Origin: Lachnospiraceae bacterium
Lineage (GTDB): Bacteria; Bacillota; Clostridia; Lachnospirales; Anaerotignaceae
Reading direction: 5' to 3'
Length of the DNA stretch: 64,000 bases
NCBI GenBank assembly: GCA_019422065.1
Contig: JAHZEA010000005.1
Location: forward strand, 82,941-146,940
Position numbers and translations under genes: made by a program. The notes below the pieces were generated by a model. The model did not search any database. It was not told where the DNA came from and worked only from the letters and a program-made list of their open reading frames with translations. Below are positions 37,672 through 47,016 of the stretch, in pieces; positions within the stretch are counted from its first letter, which is position 1, and every line of letters begins with the position of its first letter.

Positions 37672-38138
37672 TTTCAATATATTTTTATTAATTTCAGTAT
37701 ATATTATTCTAACATACCTGCCAAGCAAGTCCATATAATATGTATCTTTTACAGCTTTTTCAAATCCTTAGTAATACAATCTGCGTATATATGCCGGCTT
37801 TAAATTACTTAGGCTCATGGAAAACATGGGGATTCCGCAGTCACCACAGTATAAAAAACGGGAATACACATTATCATATTTTTTACACCCCTGTAATGGG
37901 AACGTGTTTTTTCTTCTGTTCCTGTGCCATAGCAAAAACTTGTTTACCTATAATGGCTTCGTGGTGATTTTCAAATACAATATAATCAATCTCGTTTTCT
38001 TAAATTCCATTTATGGTAATTATTCTCCACTCGTTTTTGCTTTTATTTTTGCTATTTTTAATATCCCCAGCCTTCGTTATAGCGAGTAAATATTGTCTGC
38101 ACTACCTGCGCTGCCACCTGATTTATAGAAAGTTTCAT
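37672..38138 (-). pseudogene. decayed large serine recombinase (recombinase domain + zinc ribbon; no catalytic N-domain; frameshifted, with several stops)
   Basis: Minus-strand fragments read MKLSINQVAAQVVQTIFTRYNEGWGY*, ...NEWRIITINGI*, ENEIDYIVFENHHEAIIGKQVFAMAQEQKKK..., and after a frameshift FLYCGDCGIPMFSMS...YIRRLYY*. The HEAII and YCGDCG motifs are typical of PF07508/PF13408 recombinases. Confidence 0.65.
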
Positions 38139-38268
38139 GATTTTAGTATTTTAATAATAATATAGTCCATATGGTACAGCATAATTATAATTTCTATTCA
38201 GCATAGAAATTAGACCTTTTTACATTAAAAAGTATTAAATATATCATTCAAACGAAATCATCGCGTCT

Positions 38269-38316
38269 ATAAAAAAGCCCATCCATTTCGTTAATGGTAT
38301 AACGAAACAGATGGGT
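38269..38316 (-). terminator. terminator of the secreted-protein gene
   Basis: On the minus strand, a cccatctgtttcgtta...taacgaaatggatggg stem is followed by cttttttat. Confidence 0.6.
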
Positions 38317-38388
38317 TCCATAAAATGCCCTGCTAAGCGAAAGAGGTGTTTTTTACTGTATAGAATTGTTCACTCTAAAAATTACTAT

Positions 38389-39420
38389 TTATGCAGTAAA
38401 ACCTTTTGCAGTATCCAAAGTAACTTTTCCTGTTGTGCTGTCATATGAATAGCCAATGTTCAGCAGCTGCGCTAAGTCTTTTACTTTGAAATAATTCTTT
38501 CCTGCAATAGTATATGCTTTTAAATTAACTTCTTTACTATTGAGATACATTTTGGAATTACTGCCAACTGCATTTATGGTGTCATAATCAAATAGCGGTG
38601 TATTTACATCTACAATTATGCCTGTTTCTGCATACATTTTTTCGCCTTCAGCAATTCTTCTCAAACGTTCTTTATCCGCCTGAAGTTCTGTGCCAACCAA
38701 TGTATAAGCCTTGCCAGTTGTCAAAGTCACAGCTTCTTTACCAGCATCATAACCAACAGCAAACTCTTTTGCAGAATCGTTCAATGCTGCTGCAAAATCT
38801 CTGATAGAAATATAAGATTCGTCATTTATTGTAAAGCTTTCAAATGTAACTTCTTTACCATCTACAGTTGTATCAAGAGGAAGTCTTACTGCTCTTTCCA
38901 TATCTGGATTTCCTGCATCATAAATACGATAGGAGTATGTCACATTGTAAGGTGCTCCACCGTCCATAAAATCAACCTGAATCTGGTATACACAATTTCT
39001 CAGATTACCAGCATAAGTTGTACCAAAGAATTTTTCAGGAGAAATTTTAACTGTTGTCTGTTCAGATGACAAAGTACCACCTGTCAGGCATCCTGTATAA
39101 TCTACAATACGATTATTATCATCTACAAAATACAGATACGCATACCAATCCAATTCTCCCTGATAGCTTGGCTTCTTTGAGAGCGTAAGTGTGCTGTTGT
39201 CTGTAACATAGTTCATTGTAACATTTAGCGGGTCGTTTCCTTCATCACCTGGAATTGCCCAAGGATAACTTACTCTTTCTTCCATAGAAGTGATTTCACC
39301 GGAAAAGTTTGCATTTACAGGACTTTCCACTGCCATTGCAGTTACAGGAAATGCTGTCAGCACCATTACTGCCGCTAATGCCATTGCCCCAAATCTAGAT
39401 TTCAATATTTTTGTTTTCAT
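38389..39420 (-). CDS. secreted protein with two C-terminal copper-amine-oxidase-N-terminal-like ('stalk') domains
   Basis: Signal peptide MKTKILKSRFGAMALAAVMVLTAFPVTAMA after aggagg. The repeats ...YISIRDFAAALN...VGYDAGKEAVTLT and ...YFKVKDLAQLLNIGYSYDSTTGKVTLD match the PF07833-like pattern. Confidence 0.7.
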   Translation of the reverse strand: MKTKILKSRFGAMALAAVMVLTAFPVTAMAVESPVNANFSGEITSMEERVSYPWAIPGDEGNDPLNVTMNYVTDNSTLTLSKKPSYQGELDWYAYLYFVDDNNRIVDYTGCLTGGTLSSEQTTVKISPEKFFGTTYAGNLRNCVYQIQVDFMDGGAPYNVTYSYRIYDAGNPDMERAVRLPLDTTVDGKEVTFESFTINDESYISIRDFAAALNDSAKEFAVGYDAGKEAVTLTTGKAYTLVGTELQADKERLRRIAEGEKMYAETGIIVDVNTPLFDYDTINAVGSNSKMYLNSKEVNLKAYTIAGKNYFKVKDLAQLLNIGYSYDSTTGKVTLDTAKGFTA

Positions 39421-39673
39421 AATACGTCCTCCTAAGTAAATATTTTTAAAGTAACTTTGTCTGTGGAGCAAAGATTGCCCTTTTTATTCTGTCAAACGAA
39501 AAAATTATATTTTTAACTGTTTTTATAATTATGAAGAATTAAATCCATACTTTCTGTATTAATCAAAAATACTTATTTCCATCTGACATTTTTTAGACAC
39601 ATAAAAAAATCAATTGGTTTTATATTTTTAAAAAATTTTGAAAAAAATTTTTATTTTCCCGTAATTTTTCATT

Positions 39674-41449
39674 TCAATCCTCAAATATTTTTTGGTAAAC
39701 TTCATCTGAAACCACTATATGACGCTCCATCATCATATCATTATCAGTTTGTTGCCCATCTACCATAAAATACCTTTCATCTCCGTTTTCTTCATCTGTT
39801 ACAAGCACTCCCATGGCTTCCAGCGCTGGTAATTGCTGTAAAATACTAATATCAGCATTTCCAGTAACACCTGTCAAGTACAGACTTCTTAAATGCTGCA
39901 AATTAGAAAAAGCAGACAGGTCTGTCACCTGTGTCAATTTCAAATCGCACCATTCCAGTGCAGGCATACCTGATAAGAAAGAAATATCAGAATATCCCTC
40001 ATAAGTCATACCATCTAACATACGCAAGTTTTGCAGTGTATCCAAACCCGTGTAAATTGTTCCCCATTCATCTGCTGATTGTGTAATCAAAGCCAAGGAT
40101 TGTAACTGAGGGAAATTAGAAAAATCCAAACTGCCCTGTGCAACATTTGGCATTAAAATATACAAGTCCTTTAAGTTATGCAGTTGATTAACTGCATCCC
40201 AATTATCCATTTTTACACCTGTCAGAGCAAGATATTCCAAGTCGTGATTAAGTAGTGCTTCTGGATTCTCTACCGTAACAAAATCAAGTTGAATACTCTC
40301 TAAGTTTGTAAATAAGGAAAGGTCTGACAAATCGACTGTTGGCCATTGTGTATCAGGGTTATCTAAAGCTTTTATAAAAGGTGATTCTTCGGACTCAATC
40401 ATACCGCCAATATACAGCTTGCCTTCATAAAAACATATCTCATCTATGTTTTCTACATCACTTTGATGAATTTCTCCAACTTCCAAGCCTGTAGCTTCTG
40501 CAAAAGCTGCTTCAAACTGAGAATCCTGAAATTCCAAAGCAGGGTCATTCAATGTTATAGCGGCCGTAACCCCTGCTGCGGCAACAACAGCGGCAGCTCC
40601 AGCAATAATCATTTTCGCTTTTACCCCAATCATAGCTGCTGACTTAACTACACTTGCTGCTGTACCAACATTTCCAACTGTTTCTACAGTACCAGCACCG
40701 CTTGCTGTTCCTATTGATACATTGCCTGCATTGGCTGCACCCGTACTGGCATAAGCTGCAGTAGAAGCAATCTCTTTGGAAATTTCTGTCCATTGCACTT
40801 TGAAATCCAATCCTTTTGGAATATCCTTTGCATATCCAGAAAAGAGCAGACCAAGAGGTACCAATGTATGCAGGCGGATATCTGTTCTTTTTTCCAAAGA
40901 CAAAATACTTTCCTTCAATTTCTTACGGGAATAATTTAAGCGGCTTTTTACCGTACCCACAGAACATTCCTGTGCCTGTGCCACCTGCTCCGTACTAAGT
41001 CCCGAAAAATAATACAGCATTACACATTCCCGCTGCTCATCAGGCAATTCATCAATCATTTGAAGAACCAAGCGGCGTTTTTCTTCATTGTCTAAAACAG
41101 TTTCCGGAATGATTGCTTCGTTTGTATCCTCAATATTTTCAAAATAATCCAGCTCATCTTCTTCACCCACAGAAGGTTTTACAAACCGATTTCGAGAACG
41201 AAGCAGGTTTTTACTTCTGTTTGCCACAATCTGAGCAAACCAAGAAGAAAATGCCTCAGGATTTTGCAGACTGTCTAACGCACGAAAAGCAACAATATAG
41301 CTTTCCTGCAAAATATCCATAGCGTCATCCGCATTCTGTAACAACTTCAAAGCCAGATAATATGCCCTTTGGTATGTAGCTTTATAAAGTTCTTCTTGAG
41401 CTGCTTTATCTCCTTTTTGTGCCAGTGCCACCAATTCCTTTTGTTCCAT
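39674..41449 (-). CDS. sigma-70 family (ECF-like) factor fused to a TM helix and a C-terminal leucine-rich-repeat domain
   Basis: Region 2 (DILQESYIVAFRAL...FSSWFAQIVANR) and region 4 (LPDEQRECVMLYYFSGLSTEQVAQAQECSVGTVKSRL). A Gly/Ala/Thr-rich linker follows, then a TM helix at aa 279-299 (MIIAGAAAVVAAAGVTAAITL), then internalin-like LxxLxxLxL repeats. Confidence 0.8.
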   Translation of the reverse strand: MEQKELVALAQKGDKAAQEELYKATYQRAYYLALKLLQNADDAMDILQESYIVAFRALDSLQNPEAFSSWFAQIVANRSKNLLRSRNRFVKPSVGEEDELDYFENIEDTNEAIIPETVLDNEEKRRLVLQMIDELPDEQRECVMLYYFSGLSTEQVAQAQECSVGTVKSRLNYSRKKLKESILSLEKRTDIRLHTLVPLGLLFSGYAKDIPKGLDFKVQWTEISKEIASTAAYASTGAANAGNVSIGTASGAGTVETVGNVGTAASVVKSAAMIGVKAKMIIAGAAAVVAAAGVTAAITLNDPALEFQDSQFEAAFAEATGLEVGEIHQSDVENIDEICFYEGKLYIGGMIESEESPFIKALDNPDTQWPTVDLSDLSLFTNLESIQLDFVTVENPEALLNHDLEYLALTGVKMDNWDAVNQLHNLKDLYILMPNVAQGSLDFSNFPQLQSLALITQSADEWGTIYTGLDTLQNLRMLDGMTYEGYSDISFLSGMPALEWCDLKLTQVTDLSAFSNLQHLRSLYLTGVTGNADISILQQLPALEAMGVLVTDEENGDERYFMVDGQQTDNDMMMERHIVVSDEVYQKIFED

Positions 41450-42036
41450 ATGTGTTTTCCCCTTTACAAGAAATTTGTACCTATGCCCAATGAAATTACC
41501 ATATTAAAACAATTATATATAAAAACGTATTTTTCAACAATAAAACAGATTTTTTCATTATTTTTAGGAAGTTATACTATGGTGCTGTACCAATCCTTTT
41601 TCTGTCAATTACTATATAAAATTCGGCTCTTTTCCTTTACAAGTTAATTACATAATTTTAAAATTTGACAGTTCCAGAATTACATCCATATTTTCTACAT
41701 ATAAATAAGTACATATTATAAAATATCCCGTATTTTTTCTAATTTTTCCCATTTGATTTGCATTAGGCAGGTAGGTAGGCTTTTTATTTTTGACCGAAGA
41801 ACAACAGGCGGGACTGTTTTGTTACTCCCTATTCTTTTGCGCCCCCTTTTCCTGCCTTGCAAATCCTGTGAGCGCCCCTCACATTTATCAGACACATACA
41901 AATCAATATTAGTTTTATTTTTTTGAATATTTGAAAATAAAAAGGCGCCATAAACTTATGTTCAGACACCTTTTTGTTACGTATTTAATTAAATTCAATA
42001 AAATATATAAACTAACCTATTTCTTTTCAGATTCGC

Positions 42037-43992
42037 CTAAATTTTCCAATTATGTTTAGCCGCTATTGGGTGCAGTGCATTTATAAGAATGCAGGCATTA
42101 TTTAAGTAATTATTTATCATATTTTTCAATTCTCCAGTAGGAATTTTATCTGTTTTAACAGCAGTTAAACCTTTCTTAGGCGGAGAAAGCTGAGAACGAA
42201 TTTTTTCAGACAGTTCTCCAAGAGGTGAATATTCTTCTTTACTTAATGCACCAAGTTGAACCAAACATTCTACCTGCTCAAGCTCTGAAAACATATTCCA
42301 CATTGTAATTTGCATAGTATTATAATTTTCTTTTTCCTCTGATGGCAGCTGATTTATATAAGATGAAACTTCGTGGTATACCATATAAAATTGAGAGAGC
42401 ATCTCACTAAATAACGCCGGGTCTATTTTTTCTCGTAAGCTTCTTTCTACTACTCCCCAATATACAGATTGCAGATAGAACAAAGAATGAATATTTCTTG
42501 TAAATTGCTGCTCCCGTCGGCTAGGCAAAAGAAAACAATTAACTATTAAAACAAGCATTACCGCCAAAGCCAGATAGAACAGCCTTAGTTCAATAGCTTC
42601 CATTTCTCCTACAGTAAGAGTTGCCATTGTTAATGCAAAAGATGTTGAAAATATGGGGTGAACCCAAGTTCCCGGTGTGCAGCAATACATTAGAGCAATC
42701 ATTATTAAAGAAAAAATAAATACTCCGGTTAATCCGGGCAAATAAGGATAGATTATATGTACCAATAAACAAGCTATTACTGTGCCTACAGGACGAGTTA
42801 TCATACGGTGTGTGCTTTCCTCATAACTTGGCTGCAGCAACAAAAATGCATGCAGCGGAAACCAATAAGTATGCTCAAAGTCCCACAGAAAACTTACAGT
42901 ACAACTTACTATTAACACTACAGACAAACGTATTGCAAAACGAAATTCAAAGCTTTCTGGTGAGAAACGTTGTTTTATCTGTACTAAAAATTCTTCTTTT
43001 GTTGGCAAACTAAAATATGGACGTTGTGCAGAAGAAATAGGCTCTCTGCACAAAAGAAGCAGTGTATGCAAAACGCTGCGGTAAAAAATTCTTAATCTGC
43101 CTTGCGGAAGTTGCGAGCTGTCAAGCAAATGCTGAATATTCTCAGACAGCTTTTCAAATTCAGTCTGGCTTCGTGCTTTATCTAAATTGAATACAAGCTG
43201 AGATAATGTTTCCATAACTTCTGAAAAGTTTGGTGTTTTGCAAACTTCTTGCCAAACACTCTCATCAGCTACCAAATAATATGCTCTTTGGAATAATAAA
43301 GCGAACAAATGACAATATCTTTGTTCTTGAGCTGATATATTAAATAAAGTATGTCTGCTATGCCCCAGTCGGTGAAGCATTTGTGCTTTTTCATACAGTT
43401 CTTTACGAGCATTAAAAGATGCATCCTGCTCTTTAGAAAGCTTATTCAGCAGTTGAGAAAGAAACAACAAAGAATTTGAAATTTGCTTAGAAGGTGTTAC
43501 CACTCTAAAGCATAAATTAGAATACAAAATTAATGCAAGAATTAACAAAGCAGTGCAAAGAAATGTGGCTGCAAACATATAAAAAAATTCACTTGATGCC
43601 AGCGGACGCAGCTCTAAAAATACAAAAGTCATTGCAAAACCAAGATAACCTTTTGGCGTAAACTGACTGCTTTTCCAAAACACAAGAAATACCGGCACTG
43701 CAAGGTTTAGTAATATACATAAAAATACATTACGAGTAGCCAAAAATGCCAAAAAACAAAGAATAAGTGATACTAAGAATATACGTATATAGTCTAAAGT
43801 ATTGTTATACTGTTTGCGACGGATTTGGAATATTGTTGTAGAACATGCAACAGCCATAACATATTGCTGACCAAACAATATGCTGACTAGCAAAAACTGC
43901 ACAATATAAAAGAGAATAGTTGGAAAAGCCTCTTTTAACCTGCCTAAAAACATTTCACAGTATTTATTTATTTTGCAGTGGACAATATCCAT
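42037..43992 (-). CDS. FUSC/ArAE-family integral membrane protein (aromatic-acid exporter-like)
   Basis: 651 aa with two hydrophobic bundles separated and followed by long helical cytoplasmic regions, the typical FUSC architecture. Confidence 0.7.
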   Translation of the reverse strand: MDIVHCKINKYCEMFLGRLKEAFPTILFYIVQFLLVSILFGQQYVMAVACSTTIFQIRRKQYNNTLDYIRIFLVSLILCFLAFLATRNVFLCILLNLAVPVFLVFWKSSQFTPKGYLGFAMTFVFLELRPLASSEFFYMFAATFLCTALLILALILYSNLCFRVVTPSKQISNSLLFLSQLLNKLSKEQDASFNARKELYEKAQMLHRLGHSRHTLFNISAQEQRYCHLFALLFQRAYYLVADESVWQEVCKTPNFSEVMETLSQLVFNLDKARSQTEFEKLSENIQHLLDSSQLPQGRLRIFYRSVLHTLLLLCREPISSAQRPYFSLPTKEEFLVQIKQRFSPESFEFRFAIRLSVVLIVSCTVSFLWDFEHTYWFPLHAFLLLQPSYEESTHRMITRPVGTVIACLLVHIIYPYLPGLTGVFIFSLIMIALMYCCTPGTWVHPIFSTSFALTMATLTVGEMEAIELRLFYLALAVMLVLIVNCFLLPSRREQQFTRNIHSLFYLQSVYWGVVERSLREKIDPALFSEMLSQFYMVYHEVSSYINQLPSEEKENYNTMQITMWNMFSELEQVECLVQLGALSKEEYSPLGELSEKIRSQLSPPKKGLTAVKTDKIPTGELKNMINNYLNNACILINALHPIAAKHNWKI

Positions 43993-44523
43993 TACATATT
44001 CCCCCTAGTTTAAATAACTTTTTAACTTCTTTTATTTATGACTATTTATCAATTTGTTTATTGTATATTTTTCAAATAAGCTAAAATGTTTGATTAATAT
44101 TTAAGCAAAACGTAATTTACCTAAAAAATTAATTTATGGTTTATTAACGGTATCAAACCCAATTCAAATATTAAAAATATCAAAATCAGCGCATTGTGCT
44201 ACATAAAAATAATAAAAGAAACTTCAACAAATATGTTCTATCCTATTTATAGGAAATAAATGAAACACTATCATGTTGAAGTTTAAATAATATAATAACA
44301 CAACAATATCAAATTTTGAAGGTTTTATTATAAACATTTATGTTGTTATTAATAATTTGTTTTAAAAGTTCGCACATTCTTACTTAAAATGCAAAACTAT
44401 TTAGTTCTTAATTAGTCAAATTCTTAAAGCAGACTAAATGCAACCAATAGTTGCTAAATTGTTGGTAGAAGCAACACAGTTTTTAATATAAAATAAAGTC
44501 AAAAATATAAGGAGGTAAACCAA

Positions 44524-44865
44524 ATGGAATTAACTTTTGTTATGGTTGTGATTTCTATTGTTTTTTTAAGTATATTTATTAGCTTAATTATTCTTCTTTT
44601 ACGTGCATTGCTAAAATATATTAATTCAAAGGATATACGGCAGGAAAAGTTTGTTGTAAGGCAGTCTTTGTGCGAAACTCTCAAAGAATACAGAACACAC
44701 TGTAAAATGACTCAGGAGTTTGTGGCTGAATCTATTGGTGTCAGCCGACAAGCCGTTTCAAAATGGGAAAATGGCACATCTGACCCATCTACATCAAATC
44801 TTTTGGCATTGGCAAAACTTTACGGAGTTTCTATAGAAGAATTATTAAAAGCAGTTGAAAAATAG
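44524..44865 (+). CDS. XRE-family HTH protein with an N-terminal transmembrane anchor
   Basis: Strong RBS aaggagg 7 nt upstream. The TM helix MELTFVMVVISIVFLSIFISLIILLL is followed by HTH_3 (MTQEFVAESIGVSRQAVSKWENG). Confidence 0.75.
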   Translation: MELTFVMVVISIVFLSIFISLIILLLRALLKYINSKDIRQEKFVVRQSLCETLKEYRTHCKMTQEFVAESIGVSRQAVSKWENGTSDPSTSNLLALAKLYGVSIEELLKAVEK

Positions 44866-45045
44866 ATTATTAAGTTGTTTTTTTAATATTTCATACAGTC
44901 ATTAAAATTATTAAGCAAGCCATTAAAAGCTTGGTTATGGAACATTAAGCATAAATTACTTTCATATAATTTCATATTTTGGCTTTATAATACTATAAAA
45001 AAGCTTAAAAGCTATATAGTAAGTACATTATTAATAAAGCATAAT

Positions 45046-45092
45046 AAGACAGCTAAAGTTATATTATGGCATATACCAACTTTAGCTGTCTT
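45046..45092. terminator. bidirectional terminator
   Basis: Perfect 15-bp inverted repeat aagacagctaaagtt/aactttagctgtctt between convergent genes. Confidence 0.7.
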
Positions 45093-45113
45093 ATTTAATT
45101 AAAATTTATTTTT

Positions 45114-46433
45114 TTAATTTCCAATTTGGTAGTACTCAAAGCCCATTTTTTCCATTGACTTTTTGTTATACTGATTTCTGCCGTCAAATATAACAGCTTC
45201 TTTCATTCTTTGCTTAAGTTCATCAAAATCAGGGCTTCTAAACTCTTTCCATTCAGTAACAAGTATTAACGCATCAACATCGCATACAGCTGTATATTTG
45301 CTATTCTCGTAAATTAATTTTTCATTTCCGCTAAATATTCGTTTAGCCTCATTTGTGGCTTTTGGGTCAAAAGCATGTACAATCGCACCACGTTTTGTAA
45401 GCTCATTTACAACAACTATAGATGTAGCCTGACGCATATCGTCAGTTTCAGGCTTAAAAGCAAGTCCCCAAAGAGCAAAAACTTTGCCTGTTAAATCCTC
45501 GCCATATTTAGCAACTATTTTATTAACAAGAACCATTTTTTGGTCTTTGTTTACAGCCTCAACATTTTCAAGTATTCTTGCGTTATAACCATTGTCTTTT
45601 GATGTTTTAATAAGCGCCTGAACATCTTTAGGGAAACAGCTCCCGCCATAACCGCATCCAGCATATAAAAAGCTGTAACCTATTCTGCTGTCGCTTCCCA
45701 TACCAAGGCGAACATTATTAATGTCAGCACCTACTCTTTCACAAATATTAGCCATTTCATTCATAAATGATATTCTTGTGGCAAGCATAGCGTTAGAAGC
45801 ATATTTAGTCATTTCAGCACTTTTTACGTCCATAACTATAAATCTGTCATGATTTCTTATGAAAGGTGCATACAGTTCTCTCATAACATCTGCCGCTTCT
45901 GAATCTGGAACACCTATTACAACACGGTCAGGACTCATACAATCTTTAATAGCTGAACCTTCTTTAAGGAATTCAGGGTTTGACACAACTTTAAATTTAT
46001 AGTCAGCCTTTCTAAGAAGTAATTCATTCTGAATTACTTCTTCTACTCTGTGGGCAGTGCCTACAGGAACAGTCGACTTATCTACTATTATCATATCATG
46101 GTCCATAAACTGACCTATTTCCTTAGCTACTGCAAGCACATACTGTAAATCAGCACTTCCATCTTCGTCCATTGGTGTGCCAACAGCTATAAAACAGATA
46201 TTTGAATTCTTAAGTGCCTCTTTTATATCTGTTGTAAAATTAAGATTTCCATCATCATGGTTTCTTAATACCATATCAGAAAGTCCAGGCTCATAAATAG
46301 GTATTATACCTTGCCTAAGCTTGTCTATTTTATCTTTATCAGTATCTACACAATATACTTTGTTTCCCATTTCAGAAAAACAAGTTCCAGTTACAAGACC
46401 AACGTAACCGGTACCTATAATTGAAATTTTCAT
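45114..46433 (-). CDS. ugd: UDP-glucose 6-dehydrogenase
   Basis: MKISIIGTGYVGLV Rossmann start and catalytic GGSCFPKD. The ATG at 46433 directly abuts the upstream stop. Confidence 0.9.
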   Translation of the reverse strand: MKISIIGTGYVGLVTGTCFSEMGNKVYCVDTDKDKIDKLRQGIIPIYEPGLSDMVLRNHDDGNLNFTTDIKEALKNSNICFIAVGTPMDEDGSADLQYVLAVAKEIGQFMDHDMIIVDKSTVPVGTAHRVEEVIQNELLLRKADYKFKVVSNPEFLKEGSAIKDCMSPDRVVIGVPDSEAADVMRELYAPFIRNHDRFIVMDVKSAEMTKYASNAMLATRISFMNEMANICERVGADINNVRLGMGSDSRIGYSFLYAGCGYGGSCFPKDVQALIKTSKDNGYNARILENVEAVNKDQKMVLVNKIVAKYGEDLTGKVFALWGLAFKPETDDMRQATSIVVVNELTKRGAIVHAFDPKATNEAKRIFSGNEKLIYENSKYTAVCDVDALILVTEWKEFRSPDFDELKQRMKEAVIFDGRNQYNKKSMEKMGFEYYQIGN

Positions 46434-46434
46434 A

Positions 46435-46857
46435 TTACTTATTACCCCTTTTAAAAACAGCCTCTTTACCAAATACATAATTCAAAACAATAACTATAAA
46501 TTGAATTACATATTTTGAATATACTTTGCTAAATCCTAATATTTCTACAGCAAATATCAGACCAAAGTAATCAATTAAGCCAGTAAGTCCCCTTGTAACC
46601 GCAAACTTAAAAAATTCTTTACATAATTCTCTAAAATTTTCACATTTACTTCGGAATACAAAATTTTTATTAACTATATAAGCAAATAATTTTGTACCAA
46701 TTAAAGCTATAAGGTTACTTACCCTATAATCCAATTGACAACTTAAAAATATTTGATAACTAATAACATTAACAAATGTAGTCATTACACCAAATACTCC
46801 GTATAAAACTAGTTCATTAATATTTTGTCTATTTAATTTCTTGATCAAATGTCTCAT
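46435..46857 (-). CDS. GtrA-family membrane protein (polyprenyl-phosphate-sugar flippase family)
   Basis: 140 aa with 4 TM helices. GtrA-like pattern YGVFGVMTT...NFVFRS. Confidence 0.8.
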   Translation of the reverse strand: MRHLIKKLNRQNINELVLYGVFGVMTTFVNVISYQIFLSCQLDYRVSNLIALIGTKLFAYIVNKNFVFRSKCENFRELCKEFFKFAVTRGLTGLIDYFGLIFAVEILGFSKVYSKYVIQFIVIVLNYVFGKEAVFKRGNK

Positions 46858-47016
46858 ATGATTTTACCTTAACCTACTTATAGCTAAATAAAAGTAATAA
46901 TTTTTATATGATTTATTAATTACCTTAATTGAAAAATTCAATTAGAATCTGTTAATAGTTAACGCAGTAAAAATATAAATTACTTTTATATAGACCTTTA
47001 ATAATCTTATTGCTAA

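Noticed and set aside
37600-38089. Three overlapping plus-strand ORFs (67, 75 and 90 aa)
   Set aside because: They are low-complexity with no RBS. The opposite strand carries recognisable serine-recombinase fragments, which explain the region better.
41764-41882. Assignment of the GC-rich patch to a c-di-GMP-I (GEMM) or other known riboswitch
   Set aside because: Some local resemblance exists (GGCA..., GCGCAAAAG, AUAGGGAG). However, the spacing of the closing helix and the tetraloop/receptor features do not fit, and a ZTP or guanidine motif could not be completed either. It is left as unassigned.
41716-41901. 61-aa Arg/Lys-rich ORF in the GC-rich intergenic patch
   Set aside because: It has no Shine-Dalgarno sequence and a junk-like composition. 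The patch is more plausibly an RNA element or a relic.
45114-46478. N-terminal extensions of listed ORFs (ugd 46434-46478, ddl 21632-21748, rplS 5156-5230, secreted protein 39421-39471, XRE-cupin 18337-18378)
   Set aside because: Homology and RBS positions point to the internal starts. The extensions overlap upstream genes or leaders.
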